NCBI RefSeq assembly: GCF_000315625.1
Contig: NW_005434586.1
Location: 14,790 to 55,147 of the forward strand
Direction of reading: 5' to 3'
Length of the DNA stretch: 40,358 nucleotides
From: Guillardia theta CCMP2712
Lineage: Eukaryota; Protista; Cryptophyta
Shown: positions 1 to 10,293 of the stretch, in pieces
Layout: the number at the start of each line of letters is the position of its first letter
Numbering within the stretch: the stretch's first letter is position 1
The notes under the pieces: generated by a model
The model's input: only the letters and a program-made list of their open reading frames with translations
The model's database searches: none
Told to the model about the DNA's origin: nothing
Translations under genes and position numbers: made by a program

Positions 1-59
1 CACTAAGGAGAGCAAGATGAGCTTTTCAGCCGCAAATCATCATCAAGTATCAACCGATG

Positions 60-731
60 TCTACCTACATCGCTCCCACTGACTCCGACGGGCCGGCCGG
101 GCAGTCATAAAGGAGGATGAGATTTACTCTCATAGTTTATCAGGCTGGTACCTGTGAGCCAACCCGGCGCTGTTCTTCCAGGCGTTAGTCCGTCTCGGAG
201 GCAGTCCCCGGGGGCCGGGCGAACCGGGCGGCTAGCCCGACTGAGCGTGCGGAGCCCGGGGTCCGAGAGTCCCCGGCGAACGGCGGCGTCGCCGGAGTCG
301 CTCGGACTCGGGACCGCCGGGGGAACTCGGAAGCTCGCGCAGCGATTCGACCGGCCCGCGACTCATGATTCGTGAGTCATGCCCTGCGATGACAGACGGA
401 TGTTCGGAAGGCCACCCGACAGACTCGGGCCCACCGCTATTCGACCCGGGCCGGTCACTGGGTCGCCGTACCCGCCGGCCCGGTGGCCGTGAGACGACCC
501 ACTCATTAACTTCGAGTCTGGATGCGGTCACTGGGAAGGTATCACAACTGCTGAGCATCTTCGACTCTACTGCCAGTGATTGTCCTCGTGAAACCAGCGG
601 CGGCCGCGACTCGGACTCCAGACGGACCGCAGGGCAGGCCCCGGGCAGTCCGCCGACAATGACTCCATGACTCCGTGACTCAATAATTGATCCTCGTACG
701 GTGACTCGGAAGGCCTGAGGCCACGGCTAAA
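60..731. other. GC-rich non-coding island enriched in GACTC/GAGTC, CCGG/CCCGGG and TCGGA words
   Basis: About 15 GACTC/GAGTC sites counted by eye in ~660 bp, plus many CCGG and CGGC words. The overlapping ORFs are compositionally biased (P/G/R/S/A) and show no domain motif. Confidence 0.75.
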
Positions 732-1470
732 ATGAGTCATTGAGTCATTGAGTCATTGACTCGATGACACAGTGACTCTATCACTCTATCGGACTCGATG
801 ACTCAGTGATATGACTCTATGACTCTATGACTCTATCTATGACTCTATGACTCAATGACTCTATGACTCTATGACTCTATGACTCTATGACTCTATGACT
901 CTATGACTCTATGACTCTATGCCGCAGTGACTCTATGACTCTACGACTCTATGACTGAATGACTCTATGACTCAATGACTCAATGACTCATTGACTCAAT
1001 GACTCTATGACTGAATGACTCTATTACTCTATGACTCAATGACTCAATGAATCAATGACTCTATGACTGAATGACTCTATTACTCTATGACTCAATGACT
1101 CAATGAATCAATGACTCTATGACTCTATGACTCTATGACTCTTTGACTCTATGACTGAATGACTCTATTACTCAATGAATCAATGACTCTATGACTCTAT
1201 GACTCTATGACTCTTTGACTCTATGACTGAATGACTCTACGACTGAATGACTCTATGACTCTATGACTCTATGACTCTTTGACTCTATGACTGAATGACT
1301 CTACGACTCAATGACTCTATGACTCTATGACTCTATGACTCTATGACTCTTTGACTCTATGACTGAATGACTCTACGACTGAATGACTCTATGACTGAAT
1401 GACTCTATGACTCTATGACTCTATGACTCTATGACTGAATGGCTCAATGACTGAATGACTCTATGACTCT
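732..1470 (+). repeat. 8-bp tandem satellite (ATGACTCT)n with variants ATGACTCA/ATGACTGA/TTGACTCT/ACGACT, ~80 units, preceded by three inverted units
   Basis: The main array is directly visible at 811-1470. (TGAGTCAT)3 at 733-756 is the reverse complement of ATGACTCA. A 56-bp block is duplicated exactly (1001-1056 and 1057-1112). Confidence 0.97.
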
Positions 1471-1544
1471 GCGGTAACTCAAACCCCCTGGCCCAGTGTG
1501 TCGTCGGTCTATCTTCAATGGACTATCTCAGGTAACTTCCTCGG

Positions 1545-2495
1545 TAGTAAGAGGAAGAAAGGGAGGATTTTGACAGGGAAGAAATGAGAGACAATGAAAG
1601 GGAGAGAAGAGGAGGGGAAGAGAGAGACGATCTATTAAGAGTTCGAGAGAAGGAGGAGGGTGGGAGACAGAAGGAAGAAGAGGGGTCAGGGACGATAGAA
1701 GGCATAAGAAGGCAGTGGGCGAGCATAACAGGGAGAGGAAGAGCAGGACAGGGAGAGGGGGAGGGGGGGAGACAGGGAGACAGGGAGAGGAGGAGAGAGG
1801 GAGTCAGAGGCAGGGGCAGGGGCAGAGAGAGAGTAGAGGCAAGCGAAAGACAGAGAGAGCAGAGAGAGCAGAGAGAGCCAGGAAGATAGAGAGAGGGAAC
1901 AGAGAGAAATAGAAGAGGGGGGAGGGAGGGAGGGGAAAGGAGGGAAATGGGGGTGAGAAGAAGCAGCAAGAAGGGAGAGAAAGCGAAAGAGAGGGAGGAA
2001 GCGTTGAGGGAAGATAGGAAGGAGGGAGGGAGAGATAGAAAGGGAAAGAGTAAAAGTGAGCGAGGGAGAGCGACAGGTAAGGAAAGTGTTAGGGAGGACG
2101 GGAGCGAGCGAGCGAGCGTGCGATGGAGAAATGGAGAGCGTTCGAACTTCGGAATCGACCTAGGATTGCTTCCTCCCCGAAGATATTGGGCTCAGAAGGG
2201 AGCGGGTGAGTGAGAAGGTGCAGCGAAGGAGAGGACGACGGAGTTCTGGAGGAAGAGGGAAGAGAGAAAAACGCGCACTGTTGAAGCAGAGTGAGGAAGT
2301 GAAGGAAGCAAATTGAGAGGCGTGAAGAGTAGAAATACACGCGAAAAGACCAGGGAAAGTACAGTATAGCGAGGGAGGGTGGGAGAACGAGAGGAGAAGA
2401 AGCTGAGAGGAGAAACAGGGGGAGGGGAGCGGGAGAGCAAGAGGAAGATGGAAGAGAGATGTATCGTACCGTTGAGTAAGAGTAGGAGGGGAGAG
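1545..2495 (+). repeat. Purine-rich (G/A) low-complexity tract
   Basis: About 950 bp that is almost entirely G and A on the + strand. ORFs here translate to E/R/G (+) or L/S/P (-) low-complexity peptides. Confidence 0.9.
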
Positions 2496-2559
2496 TCTTC
2501 TCCCCTACCCCTTCCACGCCCGTCAAGCCCTCTACACCTTTCACTGTGTCATTCCGAGA

Positions 2560-4559
2560 CTTGAGACACGAGTCTCATGCCAGCCGATTCCACATTTTCT
2601 ACGCAAGACCTTTGTTGAGCTCTCGATGAAAGCATTTTTCCTTTCCATACGCCTAGACTATGCAAAACAGTTGAAAATTAACAGGCCTATGACATAAGCT
2701 GAACAAGGTAGTAATCAATGCCATACTCTGACAGAGTTACATGTGTTATGGGTCCCCTCAGAATATTTATTTCAATCTTGATACTTGAATGGTTTTGTTT
2801 ACAAGAAACTTATTGCCATCGAACTCCTTCCACTTTTTTGTGACCTGCAAGTTTCACCATGACTTCAGAAAAAAGTTCAACTCAAAGGTATAAGACCTTG
2901 TCTGGAGTCTCCGCAAGAGAATCGCTAACACGGATGGCCACACTCGATGCACCTTTTCCAATACCGACATTCCACTCTTCGGTCGACCTCGAGTACCATA
3001 TGTAGCCTTAAACAAGCAAGTCAACGACATTGTATTTTAGTGAATAACAAGCATCCTTCAACCGGGTCCGTCTTCTTGCCTATATGATGGCCTCTCATTG
3101 TACAACATTCGTTCCTTGAAATATTCCCTTTGATACACAATCATTTCCCTTGTGAAGCATGAAATACTCTACCCTTGCAGTGAGCTGTGCTTGAGTAAAG
3201 ATCCAGCAAGTAGAACAGCGTCAGGGAAGATATAATTTGAATCTTCGATCAACCAACCGACGCCTCCATTGCTTGATCTGCATTTCAACTTTTCAAGGTC
3301 CTCGATAACACTGTAAGAATTAAATGCTCACCGCAACCTCAATCCACAAAATTTAGAATACTTAGAGCATTGCTGATTTGCCAGCATATTTCTGTAAATC
3401 TCCATAACGCTTAATGACCCGAACTTGCTAACAACAGCTTCTTCTGGCGTTTTGCGCGCAATCCCGAGCTTGCTCAGATATTGCTCCGAGGCATGTTCCT
3501 TAAAGTTCGTCAGAGTAGGGTGCAAAGATGTATTCAACAAGGAGGAACAACCTGGATCATTCTCACAATTACACAGTCGCGTGTCCTGCCTAGCTTTTCC
3601 CTTGAGTGAAGCGACTCGAGATGCCCCTGCGAGGCTCTGCAGGCGTCAAGCAACTCGTTCATCTCGCACTCTTTTGTTTTTTTCATCATTGGAGCCGCAC
3701 GCCTTGGACTGAGAGGTTCGAAGATTGCACGTCCTCCGGCTGATGAATTTTTCTTCTTCGGAAGCCCTGCAATACCATCGCTTCCTCTTGTCACTCCTTG
3801 AGTTTCGTGACAGAAGATAGGCTTCTTCATCGCATTCTCCGCTTCCGTCATATTTGAAGCAAACGAGAAAACAGATGCTGCGCTTTCGCTCTTCAGAAAA
3901 AATCACAAAAATCAGTACACGTGTTTTCGTAAATTGTAGAGAATCACCCGCAAATGCATGTGATCCCCATCACTATTCTGGGGCCAAGGTACTGAGTTTT
4001 CAATTAATGTTCAAACTTGTAGGCGAAAACAACGCAGCAACTACTAACCCATCAGACCATCAACTATTGCAACCCCATCATCTTCAATGACAATCGAAGG
4101 CAAACTTGTTTCGCCGTTGGATATTGAGAATTCATCGACAAGATCGTTCAAGCTCGTTTCGACGTGTGTATTGCTGGTGATTGCAAATCTTTGCAAAAAT
4201 TCTCTTGGAGCATATCGTGCAGCGACCTTAAACGCCTTTCAATCAGAATCCAGGTATCATTTTTAGAATGTTACCGACTGAAGAACGTCCTGGTTGATAC
4301 CCTCAAGAACTCCTAAATACGGATATTCTCCCAGCTCGTCCTTGTTTACTTCTTCACTTTCTAAACCAGATGTCGTTTCAACTTGTTCATCTTTCTCCCT
4401 GGGAAGGCTGCCATCAATCAATCATCATATCAACACATGTTTGATTAAACAGTGAAAGAAGTAACTTCACCACCTGTTGAAAAGTTTGGATTCAAATTCA
4501 GGATGAAGAGCCTCCTTGAACGCAATGAGTAGCGTCTCTTCTAGCGACAGCTGACTCAT
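2560..4559 (-). pseudogene. Decayed intron-containing gene, possibly with a Ulp1/C48-like protease segment
   Basis: Exon-like pieces on the minus strand are joined by plausible short introns: MSQLSLEETLLIAFKEALHPEF (from 4559), NELLDACRASQ...VRMIQ|EHASEQYLSKLG, and DLEKLKCRSSNGGVGWLIEDSNYIF. In-frame stops occur below ~3170. The Ulp1 resemblance is weak. Confidence 0.35.
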
Positions 4560-5157
4560 ATCCCATCAAGGCCCTTCAACCGGCGGTGGCTCACTTGAGA
4601 CTTCTGGTCCGGGTCACAACTGCCGCTCAAACAGCGTGGGGCTTGAAAGTTGCCCGCCTGTGCGCCGCATTGTACCCCGATGACAAGCGAGTCGACCGTG
4701 ACTATCTTTTAGAGCGGCAAGTGCTCCATGAAGGGGTGGGGGTAATTGAATGACAGATAGTATGGGGTTGATGGACTAGTCTAATCCAGATATAAGATGG
4801 GTGGGGGTCATTTTGGAGTAGGTGGGGGTTTGCAACAATCGCAATGGTGGCGTGCGCATGCTGTGGAGGGGAGCTCCAATTTCACAGTAGCAGCACATTG
4901 TGAGCCTGAAGAACATCTTCACGTATTCAGAACTAAATTTGATATTCATTATTAATCTTAAGTGAATGATATCTTGATTGTGTGTGGTACAACATTCTGT
5001 TTTCACCATTTTTTGAGTCGCCAACTTCTGCAGATTTGCATGTAGAAGTACCATGCCGGATGATTTTGGTGTGCTGACTCACTTCTGAAGCAATGTTGAT
5101 CTTGTACAAATGTAACTGAAAAGGATTTATTTCTTAGCAACATCATCTTATACGATT

Positions 5158-6180
5158 TCACCGATGATGATCTTGGTGCTCCAGTAAGCAATTTCTACGC
5201 GACGCTGGTCCGCAGATACCAAATGGTCTCTTAAAAGGATCATTCTTGCTACAAAGTGAAAAACAGAAGGTATGAAAGATCGAGCGTGGTCGTCAACAAG
5301 TATGAGTTGGTGATCATCCAACGGCTTCTTCCCTGTTCCTGGCTGACCCTTCCTTCGATACCGAATTTTCAAATGGGGATCGGTTTCTTCTGTTGTATTC
5401 CACGTCGAAATGAGAAGTTTTCTTGGGGTATCAGGCCTGCCAGGTTCATTCCACGCATGCCCGAAAATGAACTTTTCCCTGCCATTATGCTGCCATGAAG
5501 TTGATACGGTCTTCGTAGCACCTCTTACTGCTCTAGCCTCCCATGCATCCTTGTTCAGATATTGTTTTGGAAAGCCTCTGTGACATTGTTTGACCAATCC
5601 TGTGAAAAACGTGTTCCTCTCCAACAGAGCTTGTGCAGTTGACACTGACGCAAAAGCAGAACCTGCGTAAAGAATGTGACCCTGGTTGAAGTAAGGCTTC
5701 ATCAATCTGAGAACCCATGATGTATGCTTCGGATATTGATTAGTAAATTCTTGATTCTCCATGACTCGTTTGCCTTCTTGTAACTCTAGCTGCAACATAA
5801 TTCCATAGGTACACTCTGCAATGTTCTTGTACTCACTGCCAATACCTTGTGGTTTTCGGGCAATTTTGGTTAGAAATGGGATTCCATCATCAATGTCCTT
5901 CATACAAAGTCAGTCCATTTACCCATGCTTTCATCCAAAATCAATTCAGATCCAGGACGAATTGTTTGCAATCAATTCGCATTGAAAGCGTGTATAAGGG
6001 GTCGGATACAACTTGATTAAAAGCATTGTCTGTTATGTACGCATACGGAGGAGCGAATTTCACGTGCTTTCGCCATTGTTCGAATCGAAAACGACTGACT
6101 CCAAAGCGCTTACCCAAATCAACAGGCGGGCTGGCCAAGTCGTACTGATCGCTGCTCAGCGGCTTGAGTAAAGGGACTGA
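5158..6180 (-). mobile_element. piggyBac-family (PGBD/DDE_Tnp_1_7-like) transposase pseudogene, 5'-truncated
   Basis: Motifs across frames: LIHAFNAN*LQTIRPGSELILDESMGKW (DESM at 5924-5935), GIPFLTKIARKPQGIGSEYK, VLRLMKPY..GHILYAGSAFASV, FTGLVKQCHRGFPK, and a C-terminal Cys/His tail FCFSLCSK..FGICGPASRRNCLLEH* ending at 5158. It carries frameshifts and a stop. No terminal inverted repeats were found. Confidence 0.85.
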
Positions 6181-6184
6181 TCGT

Positions 6185-6600
6185 GTAGAGTCGTGATGAA
6201 CTTCGGAACAACCGTTGTGACACGGCACGCCGGTTGCCCGTGACTCGGACGGACAGGCCGCCCGGCAGGGCCGGGCCCGGCGAGTCCTTGCGGCACGCGG
6301 CTGCCACTGGGTGACTCCTCAGGCTCCGGAACTTCCCGGAGTCCGGCCGCCGGGGCGGCCCCGGGCCCCGGGCCGATGAACGGCGGCGTTCGGAACGTCC
6401 GTCACCGTGGCAGATCGGACTCGGAGTCGTGTCAGGTCAGTCTCGGAGTCAGCGGCTGCCTTCGGAGCGCGCGGCACATCGCGGCTGACCCGCCCGGCCC
6501 GCCCGGGCCCGGCCGCTCCGGGGGCCCGGACCGAGTCTGGAGTCCCCGGGAGTCCCATTGGAACTGGCGGCTTTCCCGGAACCAATCTCTTGAGTAACGA
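6185..6600. other. Second GC-rich GACTC/GAGTC + CCGG island abutting the truncated transposase
   Basis: About 11 GACTC/GAGTC sites between 6188 and 6554, with many CCGG/CCCGGG. It uses the same words as 60-731 but shows no long colinear match by eye. Confidence 0.75.
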
Positions 6601-6991
6601 TGTTATGTAACGGTTACGCGAAGAGACGCCGGGAGTAATGTACGGGGCAGTCGAAGCTGGAACAGGTAAGAACATGGAAGATGAGGATGAGGAAGAGTAC
6701 AGATATACAATATGAGAACATAGCACGGAATAATGCCGATCGAGAATGCGACTTACCTAGGAGTGACTTACCCGTTTCCAACGTATGCGGATTGTAGTAC
6801 ACAACAGCGAAGCATGTCACCTTTTGGCGAAGGCTGTGACGTAACTTGAAACCATGTTGTTTGGAGTGAGTTTACCGGGTAGATGTCATGATCTCAATAA
6901 GGAGAAGTGAACGTGATAGATCATGATCCTAGATTATTTCAATCTTTGGTGGTGATTGAAAAGGTTTCTTGCAGTACCTGAGCGGAGCACC

Positions 6992-7943
6992 ATGCCATCA
7001 GCGAGATGGCAAAGGATGTTCGCTGGCGTTCTTGCATGTATGGCTGCTGCAATCTTGGCTTTGACAGTTGTCAGGTACGCTGTATGTTGGGTCAGTCATC
7101 TTCACTCACGATTTCTCAGTTTCAACGAGAAGGATGTTCTGCTGCAGAAGTCATTGCAAAACGAAATTCAAAGGGATCTCTCCCTTCTGAAGAAACAGCA
7201 GGAAATTGTGGACAGAACTGAAAATATTCTAGTTTCTGCTTATAAGGCCAAGTCTTTGAATGCTCGCAAGGTAAGTCTTTTCTTGTTTTCCTCTGTGAAA
7301 ACCTGTGTATGGTGAAGGCTAAGCTTAGCAGTGAATGTGCATTTGTCTGTGATTCACAACTTATGTTGTCCTGATCGCTTGTATGTATCAGGCAGGAAAA
7401 TCCAAACAGCTTCAACGCTTGGATTGGTACCCGACTGATGAGTCCCAGCATCGACCAGCTGCTGTACCGTGGCAGGAGGGCATGCCTGGACAGCGGAGCT
7501 ACAGCGTTGAACGATACGTGAACACTAATGGCCCACAAGACCTCGCAAAGGTTGATGGCGACAAGATTGCAGATTGGAACGAGTTTTTTAACAACATGAA
7601 CGTTGAAGTGAGTTCTTTGTTTGCATTTCCCTCTTGATTGTCTTGGAAGGTTGACGCTCCGAGGTGGGACAAGACTGGAATGGTTGTTGATAACATTGAG
7701 GCTATTCCCGCATGCTCAGTGGACTGTGACAAAGAAGGAACTGTATGACCTTGTCGTCTCGTTTGTTATCCACGGTTTACTGTCGGCAGGACGACGATAA
7801 AGACTTCGAATTCTACAGCGACTTGAACGCCATCAACGTGAGGCGTGTTTTCAACTTGCACATGTATGACGGATCATTTTCAGGGACGTGGACACATCGT
7901 GGACAATCTTGATAACATCGACGCTTGTGATGTTGACTGTTGA
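6992..7943 (+). CDS. Hypothetical spliced protein with N-terminal signal/anchor, coiled coil and duplicated C-terminal Cys-containing unit
   Basis: MPSARWQRMFAGVLACMAAAILALTVV hydrophobic segment. GT-AG introns at ~7075-7119, from 7271 and at 7608-7649. The last exon reads GRGHIVDNLDNIDACDVDC* (TGA 7941-7943). Confidence 0.7.
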
Positions 7944-8131
7944 TCATGATAGCGCTGTATGTATTTTGGATATTCATTGGCTTGAACAAACTTGCTGAAT
8001 TTTGAAACGTACTGCGCCGGTCCTGGTTTGGGGTTTAGTTCCTGGTGTGCATGCCTGCGGCTCTCTGGTGAACGATTGAAATTTGATGTGTGCAAGCAGA
8101 CGGACAGATTCACCATGGATAACTAGAAAGT

Positions 8132-9284
8132 TTATTTTGGGGAAGAGCTTAGACTTTGTGACGAGTTTGGGGATTGTTCATCCTGCAGCTTCTGTTGTGG
8201 GTGTCGGGTGTTGTCACGTGAGTCGGCTCGATGAACGATCTTGGAGGATCCTGTTCTTCTCTGATCTCGATAAGCTTGATCTTGTGCCCAGCGGTTGTAG
8301 TCCTGGGCGAGACCCTTCAAGAAAGTCGTTTGCAACAAGTTCAACGTTGTTTTCAGCACTGAGTTGCCAGTCTCCAACATGAGAGGTTTTGGAAACATGA
8401 CCCGAAAGATCTGAGGTGGATCCACCCAGACATAAACCTCCGACCTGTTTAAGCTCAAGATATGAAATCGAGGCAGTCAAATGTGACCACCTTGCAACGA
8501 TCATGCTCCGCAAGCCTCGCACATCCTCTCGCGCTTGCAGCAGAACTTTGATCTCAAAATCAAACTTCGAGTTGAGGTCAAGCCGTTGCACCTGCCGATG
8601 GCGTGAGTTATGTACAAAGCTTTCCTCATCAAGACCTCTGGACTGCCTTCAAGCTTGCACTCTTTTGCAGAGATAGTGACTCCTTCTTCAGTGATATCTA
8701 CTGTGGCAACAACATATGGACGAAGCCAGACATTGAAAATCTGCAGCTCGGGAACCTAGAAAGCGTAGATGTAAGGAGAGGTAATCTGAAGGCGAGGATG
8801 ACCCTCAAGGCAAAATGATGCTCGTCCTTCTTCTCTAAGCGAGCTTTGTTGGGAAGCGGAATCAGAACGTACTGATCGACAGGCAATCTGCAAGGGAGCA
8901 TCACCAAAAAGCAAACAACACACAAAGTTTCCACTTCATATAGTTGCCAAGGCTGCATCCTTCGTCGTGCTTGGGAGATACAGCGATGTTGGAAACAACC
9001 TTTGCTCCGAAGACAATGTCCTTTCGACCTCGAGGAGATGGTCGTACCCAAATGTCGCTACCAGAGTCACCAACCATCCGAAGCTTGGCAAGCCTGAGGT
9101 TCTGCCCTGACCTTTTCTCGGGTTGAATGCCAAGGGGAGAACTCACGCCATGTTTGCAGCCTAGTTTGATGGAATGGTGACAAACGCTGGTGAAGCACCA
9201 GACTTGCTGCTGCACTAATGATAGTTGCACCAAAAGCGCCGCAAGTTTCCATTTCGCACCACTCAACAAGAATCCAGAAGCCAT
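8132..9284 (-). CDS. Plastid-targeted DUF1997-family protein
   Basis: Spliced product has PVDQYVLIPLP, VPELQIFNVWLRP and VWVDPPQIFRVMFPKPLMLETGNSVLKTTLNLLQTTFLKGLAQDYNRWA, typical of DUF1997 (DYxRWA end). The N-terminus is a signal peptide ending QVWC-F followed by a basic Ser-rich transit peptide. Confidence 0.8.
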
Positions 9285-10293
9285 TGCCCTGTCACAAACA
9301 GATTCCTTGCTCATCTCAATTCAAATAAATGACCGAAGCAAGGTCTTGTCTTTTGATACAAGTCTGTCGCGATGTTTTTCTTCGAACTGTCTGATGGTAA
9401 TGAACAGTTATTTCTTTTTGATGACCACAGCATTGCTTCATTTGCTCTCAGCCTTGGTCTCAACCCCAAGTTACTACCGAATCATGTTGTGTTTTTCTGC
9501 CAAAGCATCTATCTATCTACATTTCACAGCAATAATGATGGTTGACCTTCTACTCACCTAATCAATTTGGACGTAAATGATATCTCGTTCATTCCCTTTG
9601 TTTCTCCTTACCTTTGCAGCTCTGTTGAAAGACTTCCTTACATTGCGGTGTACTTTCAGACTAACGTCCCTCCCCCATATAGTTTCAACCACCTTGTCGT
9701 GCTCTTCGCTATCTTTGGTTCATCCTAAACCCTTTGCTTAAATTTTATCCTTTCCCTGCTTTTTCTGACGCTCCATGCCCATGACTTTGAGCTCTCCGCT
9801 TCCATATCTCTTCTCTCTCGATGTCTCGTCATGATTGTCCTTCCTTCCTCCTTCCCTTGCAGTCCACTTCCTACTCCCAGCCTCCAAGCCCATGCTTTTA
9901 TGTCACGATTCCGAAGTTTTACTCAATAATACTACCCCACCCCAGATGTTCATCTCAGTATCATCCACCCCTACTCCCTTCAGATTATTCAACCAGACCG
10001 CAAGTCTGCCTCAGTTTCCTGCAGTGGCGCTTTTTTGATGCTGGCTTTGATGCTTGTTGGAGTGCGCAATGGGGGAGGGGGCGGGGCTGTCGAGCACCTA
10101 GTGCTCTCTGGCTGGCTGGCTGGCTGGCTGTCTTCTCTTCCTTCAGCCTTCATTGCATCTTCACATCCCCATCCTCTTCCATTTCCATCCCTCCGCCCCA
10201 CCAACCCTCCTGTAGTTTCCCTCCTTTCGCATCCCTCCTGTTTTCGAGAGGAGGACACTCTTTGGTTTGGTCAAGGGCAGATGGAAGAAGCAG

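Noticed and set aside
154-670. Short ORFs in the GC-rich islands (also 6319-6726) as genes
   Set aside because: The frames are open because of high GC. The peptides are biased to P/G/R/A/S with no motif or intron pattern like the real genes.
811-1470. CRISPR array or telomere
   Set aside because: The 8-bp units are contiguous with no unique spacers and no cas genes nearby. The array is internal and lacks the G-rich TnAGGG-type telomeric unit.
1523-2564. ORFs over purine/pyrimidine tracts (also 16109-16720, 37034-37527, 39771-39968)
   Set aside because: They are translations of microsatellite or low-complexity DNA (ER, SL, LPCLA or poly-D repeats).
2560-6180. Stop-codon reassignment or programmed frameshifting
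   Set aside because: Stops and shifts are of mixed types and confined to decayed sequence. In intact genes the ORF breaks are explained by short GT-AG introns.
4700-6900. Intact piggyBac ends (TTAA + TIRs) or LTRs
   Set aside because: No matching terminal inverted or direct repeats could be found by eye, and isolated TGTAAC words are insufficient.
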